From the NCBI GenBank assembly GCA_963514005.1, contig OY740792.1, positions 36,146,001 through 36,210,000 of the forward strand: a DNA stretch of 64,000 bases, read 5' to 3'. A model generated the notes under the pieces. The model saw only the letters and a list, made by a program, of their open reading frames with translations, was not told where the DNA came from and did not search any database. Below are positions 13,421 through 25,287 of the stretch, one piece after another (within the stretch, counting starts at the first letter, position 1; each line of letters begins with the position of its first letter). This DNA comes from Raja brachyura (taxonomy: Eukaryota). Both the position numbers and the translations under genes were made by a program.

Positions 13421-13913
13421 TAGGAGGATTCTAAGTTGTATGGAGGAACTTCCATTTAGATATGTACGTGGATTGGAAATATTTTAGAGGGATATGGACT
13501 GAACTTGGGCAACTACCTCCGTATTCAGGGACAGTTTCTTCCCAGCTATTATCAGGAAACTGAAGCACCTGCTCCTACAACATATGAACATGAACAGAGA
13601 CCCAATAAACCTCGAGGAAACCTACACAGCCAGAGGAAGAACATGTAAACTCCACACAGACAGCACCCAAGGTCAGGATTAAACCCAGGTGTTTGGCGCT
13701 GTGAGGCAGCAGCTCTACCAGCTGTGCCACTGTGCCGACCAGGTGATGGAATGGTTGGGGTTGGTCTTAGAGTAGTTACTATTGCGTGCCATCATGGATC
13801 CAATAGCAATTACAGGCTAGGCAACATCTGACAGCACCTTCTGACAGGAAAGAGGATCAGACTCAAAGGTTTTCTTCTGATATCCAAAAGGAGTATCTTA
13901 GCAAAGATAAATC

Positions 13914-14240
13914 GGGCGGCACATGCGTGCAGCGGTAGAGTTGCTGCCTCACAGCGCCGGAGACCCAGGTTTGATCCTGACTATGGGCGCTATCTGTACG
14001 GAATTTGCACTTCGTCCTGCGAGTGCATAGGTTTTCTCCGGGTGCTCCGGTTTCCTCCCATACTCCAAAGATGTGTGGGTTTGTAGGTTAATTGGCTTCT
14101 GTAAATTGCTCCTAGTGTGTAGGGTTTAGATGAAAAACCGGGATAACATAGAACTAATGTGTGAACGGGTGATCGTGGGTTGGCGTGGACTCGGTGGGCC
14201 TGTTTCCACACTGCATCTCTAAACTAAACTCAAACGAAAC
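13914..14240 (+). mobile_element. HE1-type V-SINE, full length
   Basis: GGGCGGCAC head, V-domain and CTAAA-repeat tail. Confidence 0.9.
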
Positions 14241-15934
14241 AAAGGGGGCATTAATTTCACCTCACTGATCTTGTCATAGTGTGCAGAGCTTCTGCCTCAC
14301 GTGGGATCGAGATATCATTTTGAGCAAGCCCTCCTCTTTCATGTCACTGTCTTTTGTTTCCCCTCTTGCATGTTGCTCTCCCTCTTTTGTTAGGAGCTGA
14401 TTTCTTCCGCAATTAGAGCTAAAGTGAACGGTGGCAATTATTATTATCAGTTTGGATGTCAGCATGCAGTCACATTTAATGCTAGGATTACTTTGGTTGA
14501 AATGGATGTAACAGTGGAAATCACTGGGTGCTTGCAGAGGAAGGATGTGTTATTAATGTTCACCCTACACAAGGAGTTGCAACCGGTGACAAACAGTGAA
14601 AATGACTCAAACTCTGCCATGGGAGGTAATTGTTATTATGCTAGATAATAATGAATTGCTCTATCTTCACTGACTTGGTTTATGTTTATGTTTGGATCCT
14701 TGATGGTGTGCAATGTCAGCCACTCTAAGGAGCAGCCCCAACCTCAGAATAAAAGCACGTACATTTAGAAACGAGATGAGGAGGAATTTCTTTAGCCAGT
14801 GTGTGGTGAATCTGTGGAATTCATTGCCACAGATGGCAGTGAAGGTCAAGTCATCGGGTATTTTTAAAGCGGAGATTGACAGGCTCTTGATTAGTGAGGG
14901 TGTCAAAGGTTACAGGGAGAAGGCAGGAGAATGGGGTTGAGAGGGAAAGATAGATCAGTCATGATTGAATGGTGAAGCAGACTCGATGGACTGAATGGCC
15001 TAATTCTTCTCCCATGTCTCATGAAATCTGCTGGTTGCACAGTGTTACATTTGGTAGACCTACTGCTTCCCTGCACCAGAGACCCAAGTTCAATCCCGAC
15101 CTCAGGTCCTGTCTGTGTGGAGTTTGGGATTATCATTAAAAGGACACAAAGTGCTGGAATCATTGGGTATTTAAAAAATGGAGATTGACAGGTTGTGGGG
15201 AGAAGGCATGAGAATGGGCAGCAGGTCAGTCAGCATCTCTGGAGAACATGGATAGATGACGTTTCAGGTCAGGATCCTACTTCTAGTTTTGCATGCTACG
15301 CCATCAAATCAGATAACACCACACACAATCAAATCAAAGTCAAGTACAATGCATAGAGTAAAAGGGAAGATACAGAGTGCAGAATATAGTTCTCAGCATT
15401 GTAGCGCACCAGTTCCCCAGACAAAGTCCAATGTCCGCAATGGGGTAGCGGTGAACCGGACAGAGCACCAACTTATGGAAGCCTGATAACAGAGAGGACG
15501 AGGCAGTTCCCTAGTCTAGTGGTGAGCGCTTTCAGGCTTCTGTACCTGCTGCTGGATGGGCGCAGGGAAAAGGAGGAATGACGGGGTTGGAAAGGTCTTT
15601 GATTCTGTTGGCTGCTTTCCCCAGGTAGCGTGAAGCGTAGATGGAGCCGGTAGTTAATCGGATCATTAAACACCTTCAATCATGTCCAGGTGTGCATTAT
15701 GTTGCTCAAGACATTTATGTCGGGCAACTCATTTAAGGTCCTGTGGTGTTTCATTACTCCTGCCTGGTGTCTCCATTTTTCTATCAGAACTTCAAGAGAT
15801 TCACCAACAAAAATGGCATTGCTTTTATATAGTCGAGCCATTTGAAGAACCTTACAGAAAAACAATTTGTTTAATTTTATCATTATTATATGCATACAGT
15901 TTACTCTATGAAATAGAGTGAACTGCCTAGACCA

Positions 15935-16365
15935 TCACACAAATCAATCTCCCTTCCATTGACTCCATCTACACCACGCTGCCTCAGCAAGGCCAGCAGC
16001 ATAATCAAGGACAAGTCTCACCCTGCACTCCCTCTTCACCCCTCTCCCATCAGGCAAGAAATATAGAAGTGTGAAAATGCATACCTCCAAATTCAGGGAC
16101 AGTTTCATCCCAGCTGTTATCAGGCAACTGAACCATCCTATACACAACTAGAGAGCAGTCCCAACCTGCCATCTACAGTACCTCATTGGAGACCGCCAGA
16201 CTTTCTTTAATTGGACTTTATTGGACTATCTTGATCTAAGCGTTATCCCCTTTATCCTGTATCTGTGCAATGTGGACGGCTTGATTGTAATCATTTATAG
16301 TCTTTCCGCTGACTCGCACGCAATAAAGCTTTTCACTGTACATCGGTACAATTGACAAAAATAAG
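15935..16365 (+). mobile_element. Rex1/Babar-type LINE 3' end (representative copy)
   Basis: Encodes degenerate IIKD.SHP.HSLF..LPSG..YRS...SF.PAVIRQLN followed by the shared 3' UTR. Other copies lie near 12915-13150, 15285-15650, 23045-23200, 23945-24432, 30740-30945, 55195-55480 and 60285-60750. Confidence 0.75.
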
Positions 16366-17904
16366 ACTTTATTTTAGACTTTAGAGATACAGTGCGAAAA
16401 TAGGCCCTTTGGTCTACCGATTTCATGCTGACCAGTGATCACCCCAAACACTAACACTACCCTACACACCAGGGACAATATAACAGAAGCCAATTAACCA
16501 ACGTCTTAGGAGTGCCGGAGGAAACTGGAGCACCCGGAGGAAACCCGCAGGTTCACAGAGAGCACAGGCAAGCTTCCTACAGACAGCACTGGTAGTCAGC
16601 ATCGAACCTGGGTCTCTGCCGCTGTAAGGCAGCAACTCAACTGCTATGCCACTCCAAAATTAAATAAACTAAAATAAAGTATTTTTAAAAGTGTCTTTCC
16701 AGGCATCACTGCACTTGAACATCACATTTGTTGACAGAATGCTAGTCCAGATTTCCCGAGACTTGTTCTAACACTCGACAGAATGTAAATGTCAGAAGCT
16801 ACAAGTGGAGATCAATAAGGACAACAAGGCTCAGGGGAGTAAAGGCTTTCATTCCATCTTCTGAATTTAAATATCTCCGAACTTTATTGATAATATGAAC
16901 ATTAAAGTTCCAAATCGTATAAACAAGAGCTTACATACATCAGCATCGACATACTTAAGAAAGTGCATTTGTGGAAGCATTTCAATTTGTAATGCAGGGT
17001 TTCAAAATTATTAAAAAGCATTTGATAAAGCAAAAACTACACGCAGGGTAAAAACAAAAATTTCTAAAAATATTGCTGTGAGGTGCCAGAAATGTTAACA
17101 TCTTCAGGTACAGATCCAACGAAGATTTTGGAATATAAATCATATTAGGTTTATTATTGTCATGTGTACCGAGCTACAGTGAAAAGCTTTGTTTTGCATG
17201 CTATCCAAAACTATGTAAAAAAACTCCAAAGTCCTTAATACAACCAAAGTTGTGTCGTGTTCAAGACTTTAAACTTTTGAGCTACAGCATGGAAACAGGA
17301 TCTTCGGCCAGCAATCACCCCTGTACACTAGAACTAACCTAAACACTAGGGACAATTTAACCAATTTCAATTAACCTACAAACCTGTACATCTTTGGGAT
17401 GTGGGTGGAAACCTGAACACCTGGAGAAAACCCACGCGGTCATACGAACTCCGTAGAAACAGCGGCCATAGTCATGTTTGAATTCTGGTCTCTGGCGCTG
17501 CAAGGCAGCAACTCTACCACAGCGCCACCATACTGCCCCGTGATATGAAGGAACCACGTGGGTTTTTTTTAGCAAATTTAACTCTGAAGTGTTGGAAATT
17601 TTTGCATTGGCCACATTTCCCCATGATATTTGCATGGACGCTTTTTATGCAGGTTCTCTGTAGAACTGTGACTATTGTGCCCTTCGCCAGGAAATTCAGA
17701 TCACCTTTTATTCCTTTACCTGTTATTTATTGGTTGCCGCTTTGTTAACTCCCGTCTACTGATTGAGCATTACTTCCCACTTGTTTACTGGGATTATTTC
17801 TTGATACCTGATATCCGAGCCATAATTAAGTGTGAAGGCATTCCGTATCTGTAGCAAAGCTGGTAATAAAGCTGGTGAGCTTCTTGTTCCTTGGAGAAGC
17901 GATG

Positions 17905-18225
17905 AATGTTTAGTTTAGTTAAGAGTTTGGAGATACAGCATGGAATCAGGCCCTTCAGCAGTTCATCAGACCCTTCAGCATATTTAGTGGTACAGCATCA
18001 AAACAGGCGCTTCAGCTATGAGTATTTCGGTTAGTTTAGTTAAGAGTTTAGAGGTAGAGCATAGAAACAGGCCCTTCAGCTATGTATGTATAGTTAGTTT
18101 AGAGACGCAATACAAAAACAGGCCCCTCAACTATGAACATGTAGTTTAATTTAGTTATGGGCATAGAAACAGGCCTTTCAGCTATGAATGTTTCATTTCG
18201 TTAAAGGTTTAGAGATACAGCGCCA
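17905..18225. repeat. Minisatellite of about 6 units (45-60 bp) derived from the SINE/CR1 3' tail
   Basis: Repeated gtttagtt...agatacagcatggaaacaggcccttcagctatg units. Confidence 0.8.
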
Positions 18226-18788
18226 TGTTCGGAATGGTCATTGTGGGCCGAAGGGCCTGTTCCTGCGCTATGTTCCATGTTCTAAGTGCGCATTTGACAG
18301 TAAGATTTGGTGGATGTCAAAAACTGTATAATACAATTGCTGTTCAGTGCAGTCTTCAAGATGTTCATCCATTATCCCTCACAATAAAAATAACATAAGG
18401 AATAATGGTGCATTGCTTTGCATAAAAGCCCATTTTCTCCATTAAACACAGATTTTTGGCACCGATTCCATATAATTGGAACTATTTTAACACTGCCTCA
18501 ATTGTGCACATTCCAACAAGATTGAGTGTTTTAACCATCTAACTGAATCCAGAAGTAAGATAGTCTGAAGAAGGGTCCCGACCCAAAACGTCACCTATCC
18601 ATGCTCTCCGGAGATGCTGCCAGACCCGCTGAGTTACCCCAGCACTTTGTGTCTTTTTTGTAAACCAGCATCTGCTGTTCCCTGATATCTTCAAAACTAG
18701 GAATCCAGTTTTAGGATTGCACATTGTTGGTTAACTGGTTATTAAAATCCAGGTATGTTTAATAACAGCCTTTATACATTATTAAGTA

Positions 18789-18913
18789 CAGTAAACCCGC
18801 GGTGACTGTGACAGGCCCGGCCTGGAAGAGGCCAAGGAGGCGTAGTGAACTGGGAATATTGTGGACAGCCATCATTCACGATTATCAAAACCCATTAAAA
18901 CAAGGGTTCAATG
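18789..18913. mobile_element. Possible short pogo/Tigger-type MITE
   Basis: TA|CAGTAAACCC...GGGTTCAATG|TA; the termini match at 8 of 10 positions. Confidence 0.4.
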
Positions 18914-18919
18914 TATTAA

Positions 18920-19151
18920 GATCGACACAAAATGCTGGAGAAACTCAATGGGTCGGGCAATAAATCTGGATAAAAGGAATAGGTGATGTTTCAGGTGGGG
19001 ACCCTTCTTCAGAGTGGGAGTCTGAAGAAGCGTCTCAACCCGAAATGTGACCCATTCCTTTTATCCAGAGATGCTGCCTGACCCGCTGAGTTACTCCAGC
19101 ATTGTGTGTCAATCTTCGGTGTACTGCAGCAACTGCAGTTCTTTCCTTCAC
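18920..19151. mobile_element. Palindromic PLE-derived short element with hammerhead-like motifs on both strands
   Basis: Inverted arms. Perfect TGTATTAA duplication at 18912-18919 and 19152-19159. Confidence 0.85.
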
Positions 19152-20324
19152 TGTATTAATATTTATTTGCTTTTATAGATTTAAACATTATAAATTGAAT
19201 GCTGTCATTCCACCACTTGACCCAAGCTGACCAATTCTAAAATCATGTCTTAACCAATCAATTTTTGGGAGGCATTTAGATTATATGTAAAGATATTGGT
19301 AAAGATGAAAAGGCATGTTTCGATCAAGGAAGACCAATATGTCCGAGCCAGCACAAAGAACCAGTCGCATTATTTTTAAATTAGTGACTCTGTGCCCACT
19401 CTAAGTCCACTCCAAACAGATTGTTCTGAAATGGGTTTTAAAATTAGTTTAAATTCATTGTAATAAGTGCCCAGAATGACTACTTGCACTGATATACTCA
19501 CAAAATAATTACCACTCAGGACAGCATGGCGGCGCAGCGGTAGAGTTGCTGCCTCACAGCGCCATAGACCCGGCCTTCATCCTAACCACGGGTACTGTCT
19601 ATATAGAGTTTCTTCCCATAGTCCAAAGAAATGCAGGTTTCTAGTTTAATTTGCTTAGATAAATTGCCTCTAGTTTGTGTGGGATTGTGTTAGTATACGG
19701 GGTAATCGGTGGTCGGCATGGACTTGGTGGGCTGAAGGGCCTGTATCTCTAAAAGTCCAACGTCTGTCCGCATAGAGGTTCTTTACTATCTCCAGAAAAT
19801 AGCAACCATTCTTTACTTCTGTATCATGTGGTCCCAGCGAGTGTGAATGAGAGTGTGTTGGAGTGCAGAGATCTGGGAGATTTAGTCAAGGATCAACAAT
19901 CAAACACCACCCGACACTTCGGAATACTTTGTTAGAACATAGAACAGTACAGCACTCAGACCATTCCACCCACAATGCCTGTGTCGAATATGAAGCCAAA
20001 TTCTACTAATTTTATTTATTTTTCTTTTTACAGACACAATGTGAAAACAGCCCCTTCAACCCACCAAGTCCATGCCATCCATCATCCATTACACTAGCTC
20101 CATCCTCCGCTCCTGACACACTAGGGACAATCCCCTGGGCGTGACCTGGGCACTACAGCCGGCCACAGGTCAGCGCGCCTGCTCCACACTCCAAAGACGT
20201 GTAGGTTAAGCGCTTTGGTAAATTGTAAATTGTCCGTTAGTGAGTCGGCTGGTGCAAGTGCACGGGATGATAAGTGGTTGGCGCGGACACGGTGGGCCAA
20301 AGGACCTGCGGTTCCCAGGACACC

Positions 20325-20485
20325 TGCGCGCCCAGGTCGGCTCGCCTGCCCCGGGACTGGTGTTGCGCCCAGGTCAGCTTGCAGGTCTGGCTGTCGCACC
20401 CGGGTCGGCTCGCTTGCCCCAGGTCTGGCTGTAGCACCCAGGTCGGCTCACGCCCCAGGTCTGGCTGTAACGCCCAGGTCGGTTC
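20325..20485 (+). repeat. GC-rich minisatellite, about 5 units of 30-38 bp (GCRCCCAGGTCGGCTCGC...CAGGTCTGGCTGTA)
   Basis: Direct tandem units; an inverted copy lies at about 20135-20162. Confidence 0.8.
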
Positions 20486-20486
20486 T

Positions 20487-21318
20487 TCGAGCCTGCACCG
20501 CCATTCAATATGATCATGGCTGATTATCCAACTTAGTATCCCCAACCTGCCTTCTCTCCATAGCCCCTGATCCCCTTAGCCACAAGGGCCACATCTAACT
20601 CCCTCTTAAATATAGCCTACTGGCCTCAACTACCTTCTGTGGCAGAGAATTCCAGAGATTCACCACTCTCTGTGTGAAAAATAGTTTTCTCATCTCGGTC
20701 CTAAAAGACTTCCCCCTTATCCTTAAACTGTGACCCCTTGCACAGGACTTTCCCAACATTGGGAACAATCTTCCTGCATCTAGCCTGTCCAACCCCTTAA
20801 GAATTTTGTAAGTTTCTATAAGATCCCCCCTCAATCTTCTAAATTCTAGCAAGTACAAGCCGAGTCTATCCAGTCTTTCTTCATATGAAAGTCCTGCCAT
20901 CCCAGGAATCAGTCTGGTGAACCTTCTCTGTACTGCGTGAGACTATGGCAAGCATGTCTTTCCTCAGATTAGGAGACCAAAACTGTACGCAATACTCCAG
21001 GTGTGATCTTACCAAGACCTTGTACAACTGCAAGAACCTCCCTGTTCCTATACTCAAATCCTTTTGCTATGAATGCTATCATACCATTCGCTTTCTTCAC
21101 TGCCTGCTGCACCTGCATGCCTACTTTAAATGACTGGTGTACCATGACATGCAGGTCTCGTTGCATCTCCTCTTTTCCTAATCGGCCACCATTCAAATAA
21201 TAGTCTACTTTCCTGTTTTTGCCATGAAAGTGGATAACCTCACATTTATCCACATTATACTGCATCTGCCATGCATTTGCCCACTCACCCAGCCTATCCA
21301 AGTCACCTTGCAGCCTCA
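20487..21318 (-). mobile_element. CR1 LINE RT C-terminal fragment
   Basis: LQGDLDRLGEWANAWQMQYNVDKCEVIH...LSYEERLDRLGLY...FFTQRVVNLWNSLP. Confidence 0.92.
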
Positions 21319-21624
21319 CCTTGTATGACTCACACTGTATGACTCTATGACTCATAGAATGGGTGCAGAGAAGACTCACGGGGATGTTGACAGGACCTGA
21401 GGCTGTGAGCTCTAGGAAGAAGTTGATCAGGCTAGGACCTTATTCCTTGGAGGTCAGGAGGAAGAAGAGTAATCTTATAGAGGTGTAAAAAATCATGAGA
21501 GGAATAGATAGGGTAGTCGACAGTGTCTTTTCCCCAGAGTAAGGGATTCAAGAACTAGAGGACATAGGTTTAAGGTGATGGGGAAAAGATTAAGTAGGAA
21601 CTCGAGGGGTAACATTTTTACACA

Positions 21625-21925
21625 CTTTAGAGATACAGCGTGGAAACAAGCCCTTTGGCCCACCGAGTCCGCGCCGACCAGTGACAACCCTGTACATTAG
21701 CACTATCCTACGCTCCAGGGACAATTTACAACTTTACCGAAGCGAGTTAACCTGAAAACCTGTACATCTTTGAACTGTGGGAGGAAACTGGAGCACCCGA
21801 AGAAAACCCACACGTTCACAGGGAGAACGTACAAACTACGTACAGACAGTATCCGGAGTCAGGATCGAACCCGGGTCTCTGGCGCTGTGAGGCAGCAACT
21901 CAACCGCTGCGCCACTGCACGGCCC
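21625..21925 (-). mobile_element. HE1-type V-SINE, full length
   Basis: Reverse complement of head, V-domain and tail, with an intact B box (GGTTCGATCC). Confidence 0.9.
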
Positions 21926-22391
21926 TATATTCCCGCATGATATGCGTGAATGAACACAACTTATATATTAATTGTTAATTTCCACGTTTCCAAAGGAAAT
22001 CTTAGCCATTAGTAAGGGTTGGCAGATTTTGCCTGGGGTATCCAGCGTGGATTGTCTCTGGAACTGCAAGTTCCGACCGACAGATAATAATTAGCTACTG
22101 TGTTCTACTTATCATGCAAATGAGGGGATCTTTGAAGTTGTGTTCAGATGATTTATGATTTAATTGACCGAATCGTATATCACAGTGATGAGAATGTTTT
22201 GCGCAGACTGTTTAGTTGCTGGCATATTGGTGGACTTGACTGCACAGCGAGGGTTCCAGAGATGCTGCCGTGGACGGATTAAAAGGTCATTGTTAACATG
22301 ATGTGTGGCCCATACTCTGCCTTGCTACAATCAGTCACCAGATAAAGTCACATTCATACCATTCTTATGCATAATTGAAGAGTACTTATAA

Positions 22392-22620
22392 ATTCAAGTG
22401 CTGCTGGAAGCCCCTCAACACGGTGAAAGACGCTCCTTGGTCCGTCCGAATCTTGTTGGTCTCCCAGCGGAGCGAGATGTCGGCCAGGGAATGTTGCTGA
22501 CTGGCCCGCTCCAGACTGCGGTAGTACGGGCTGAGAAACTCACTGAAGCTCAGTGCAGCCAAGGCCAAGGCTCTGTGGGGGAGGACCACAGTCTAGGGTC
22601 CACTGCTGAACATGAGGGGG
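22392..22620 (+). mobile_element. Tx1-clade LINE C-terminal fragment
   Basis: Translates CCWKPLNTVKDAPWSVRILLVSQ...ECC*LARSRL...LKLSAAKAKALWG, a Tx1-type ORF2 end as recalled. A second copy is inverted at about 51835-52000. Confidence 0.65.
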
Positions 22621-23805
22621 GAGGGGGGGGGGTAATCATGTGTAAATCTCTTCTGCACTCTCTCTAAAGCCTTCACATCCTGTAATTCATGTTGGGAGCA
22701 GCAGCAGTAGAGTTGCTGCCTCACAACATCAGAGACCCAGGTTCAATCCTGACCATGGTGTTGTCTGTACGGAGTTTGTACATTCTCCCCCGTGACCTGC
22801 GTGGGTTTTCTCCAGGTCCCCTGGTTTCCTCCCTCACTCCAAAGACGCACAGGTTTGTAGGTTAATTGGCTTCATTTGAATTGTAAATTGTCCTTACTGT
22901 GTGTAGGATAGTGCAAGGGTGCGGATACCGCTGGTCGGTGCAGACTCGGTGGGCTGAAGGGTCTGTTTCCGTGCTGTATCTCTAAACTAAACAAAACTAA
23001 TATACTAATACCACAATGCCTAGAACTGTTAACACTCTGAATGTAGTTTAGTTAAGGTTATTGTCATGGGTACAGTGAAAAGCTTATATTGCATGCTAAC
23101 CAGTCAGCAGAAAGACAATACATGATTACAATCGACCCATCCACAGTGTACAGATACATGATAAAGGGAATAATATGAATAACACTTAGTGCAAAATAAG
23201 ACTGTGTAGACTGAATGTAACTGGGAGTGACTATAGTTTAGGAGAAATTCCTTAATTTAGTTTTAGTTTAGTTTAGAAATACAGCGTGGAAACAGGCCCT
23301 TCGGCCCACCGAGTCCACACCAACCACCAATCACCCATTCACACTAGTCCACGTTATCCCACTCTCTCATATACTCCCAACACACACGGGGGCAATTCAC
23401 AGAGACCTATTAACCGTACACTATACTGGTAGCTGGCTGCCTGTACACAGTGAATGGCTCAATTGTAATCATGTATTGTCTTTCCGCTGACTGGTTAGCA
23501 CGCAACAAAAACGTTTCAGTGTACCTAGGTACACGTGATAATAAACTAAACTGAACCTACAAACCCGCAGTTCTTTGTCATGTGGGAGGAAACCGGAGCA
23601 CCCAGAGAAAACCCACACGGTCACAGCAAGTACGTACAAAACGTCACACACACAGACAGCACCAGAGGTCAGGATCAAACTCAGGTCTCTGGCGCTGTGA
23701 GGCAGTGACGTTACCACTGCCACTGTGCCACCCTTGATAGTTTAAATGTTATCAGCTCATCTGCTAAATTGCTCCCTCTCGTGGAAATACGTGCTATTAC
23801 ATCTT

Positions 23806-23910
23806 AGGTAGATAAAAATGCTGGAGAAACTCAGCAGGTGAGGCAGCATCTATGGAGCGAAGGAAAAGGAGACGTTTCGGGTCGAGACCCTTCTTCAGAC
23901 ATTTACATTA
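23806..23910 (-). mobile_element. Single-arm PLE-derived element with an intact minimal hammerhead ribozyme core (23871-23900)
   Basis: Minus strand GTCTGAAGAAGGGTCTCGACCCGAAACGTC. Perfect 13-bp duplication GCTATTACATCTT at 23793-23805 and 23911-23923. Confidence 0.85.
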
Positions 23911-24454
23911 GCTATTACATCTTGTTGCCTGTGGTTTCCTGTGAGTCAAAGAGTCAAGAGTGTTTAATTGTTATATGTACTGGCAACAGAACCATTATTT
24001 AAACTAAGTGTTATTAAATTAAATAACAGGTCTGTTAACACAGTAACACACAGATGTGTAATGATCAAACATACGATAAATGAATAACCCTAATACTAGT
24101 TAACCATAATAGCGCAAAATCGATGTCCTTAATGCAACCAGACACAGTCCATAGAAGATCATAGTTGCTGAGGTAAGTTTGTAGTTAGTGTCGTGCAGTG
24201 TTCAAGAACCGATGGTTGTTAGGAAGAAGCTGCTCCTGAACCTGGACCTTGCAGTTTTCAGGTTCCTGCACTTTCTTCCCGATGGCAGGAGTGAAATGAG
24301 CATGTGCCCAGGGTGGTGTGGGTCTTTGATGATGCTGGCTTCCTCTTTGAGGCAGCGCCTCCTGTAGATCGCTTTAATGGTGGGGCGGTCAGTACCCGTG
24401 ATGTACCAGGCAGTGTCCACCAATCTCTGTAATCAGATTCGCCCTAGTCAACAC

Positions 24455-24770
24455 GGGGTGGCATGGTGGCGCAGCGGTGGAGGTGCTGCCTCACAGCGCC
24501 AGAGATCCTGGTTCGATCCTGACCTCAGGTGCTGTCTGTGTGTGGAGTTTGCACATTCTCCTTGTGACCACAAAGATTTTCTCCGGATGCTCCGGTTTCC
24601 TCTCACATCCCAAAGACATGCAGGTTTGTAGGTTAATTGGCTTCTGTAAATTGCCTCCAGTGCATACGGAGTGGATGGGACAGTGAGAAGAGCTAGTGTG
24701 AATTGGTGGTCGATGGTCAGCATTGACTCGGTGGGCTGAAGGGCCGGTTTCCATGCTGTATCTTTTAATC
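24455..24770 (+). mobile_element. HE1-type V-SINE, full length
   Basis: TGGCGCAGCGG A box, GGTTCGATCC B box, V-domain and CR1 tail. Confidence 0.9.
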
Positions 24771-24918
24771 GATAACATCCATATCTCTTCCAATATTACG
24801 TTCTTGAACCTCAATGAGATCCAGCATCACACTTGCATCTTACTATCCACAAGCCCTTCCCCTGTCACTTGGTCATAGATTGATATACAGCACGGAAGCA
24901 GGCCCCACAGCCCACTAT

Positions 24919-25042
24919 AACCATATAACAATTACAGCACGGAAACAGGCCTTCTCGGCCCTTCCAGTCCGTGCCGACCATTTATTTTCCCCTAGTCCCA
25001 TCTACCTGCACTCAGACCATACCCCTCCATTCCCTTCCCGTC
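24919..25042 (-). mobile_element. Short 3'-terminal copy of the young CR1 family found at 37151-39605
   Basis: Matches the 3' UTR and tail of the long copy (GCTGTAATTGTTATATGGTT). Flanked by CCACTAT on both sides. Confidence 0.75.
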
Positions 25043-25287
25043 CACTATGCCCTTGTTGACCAAGTTAGGTCATGAGCTGGAACCATTTGGTTACATTTGT
25101 CAATAATCCTCTAAACCCTTCCTGTCCATATATCTATCCAAATGTATCTGAAAACTATCTTTCAATGATTATGTTATGGCTATGTTTTCAGTTTTAGTTA
25201 TTGGTATATTATAGTCACATGTACCAAGGTACAGTGAAAAGCTTTTGTTTGCGTGCTATCAAAATAAGTCAGATCATCCGATACATA

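Noticed and set aside
17905-18225. CRISPR-like repeat-spacer appearance (also at 20325-20485 and 63415-63722)
   Set aside because: The units are degenerate with no unique spacers, no cas genes are present, and the context is vertebrate.
24455-24530. tRNA genes at A-box/B-box motifs
   Set aside because: Each motif continues into the V-domain or is a truncated head of the same family, so these are SINE heads rather than tRNAs.
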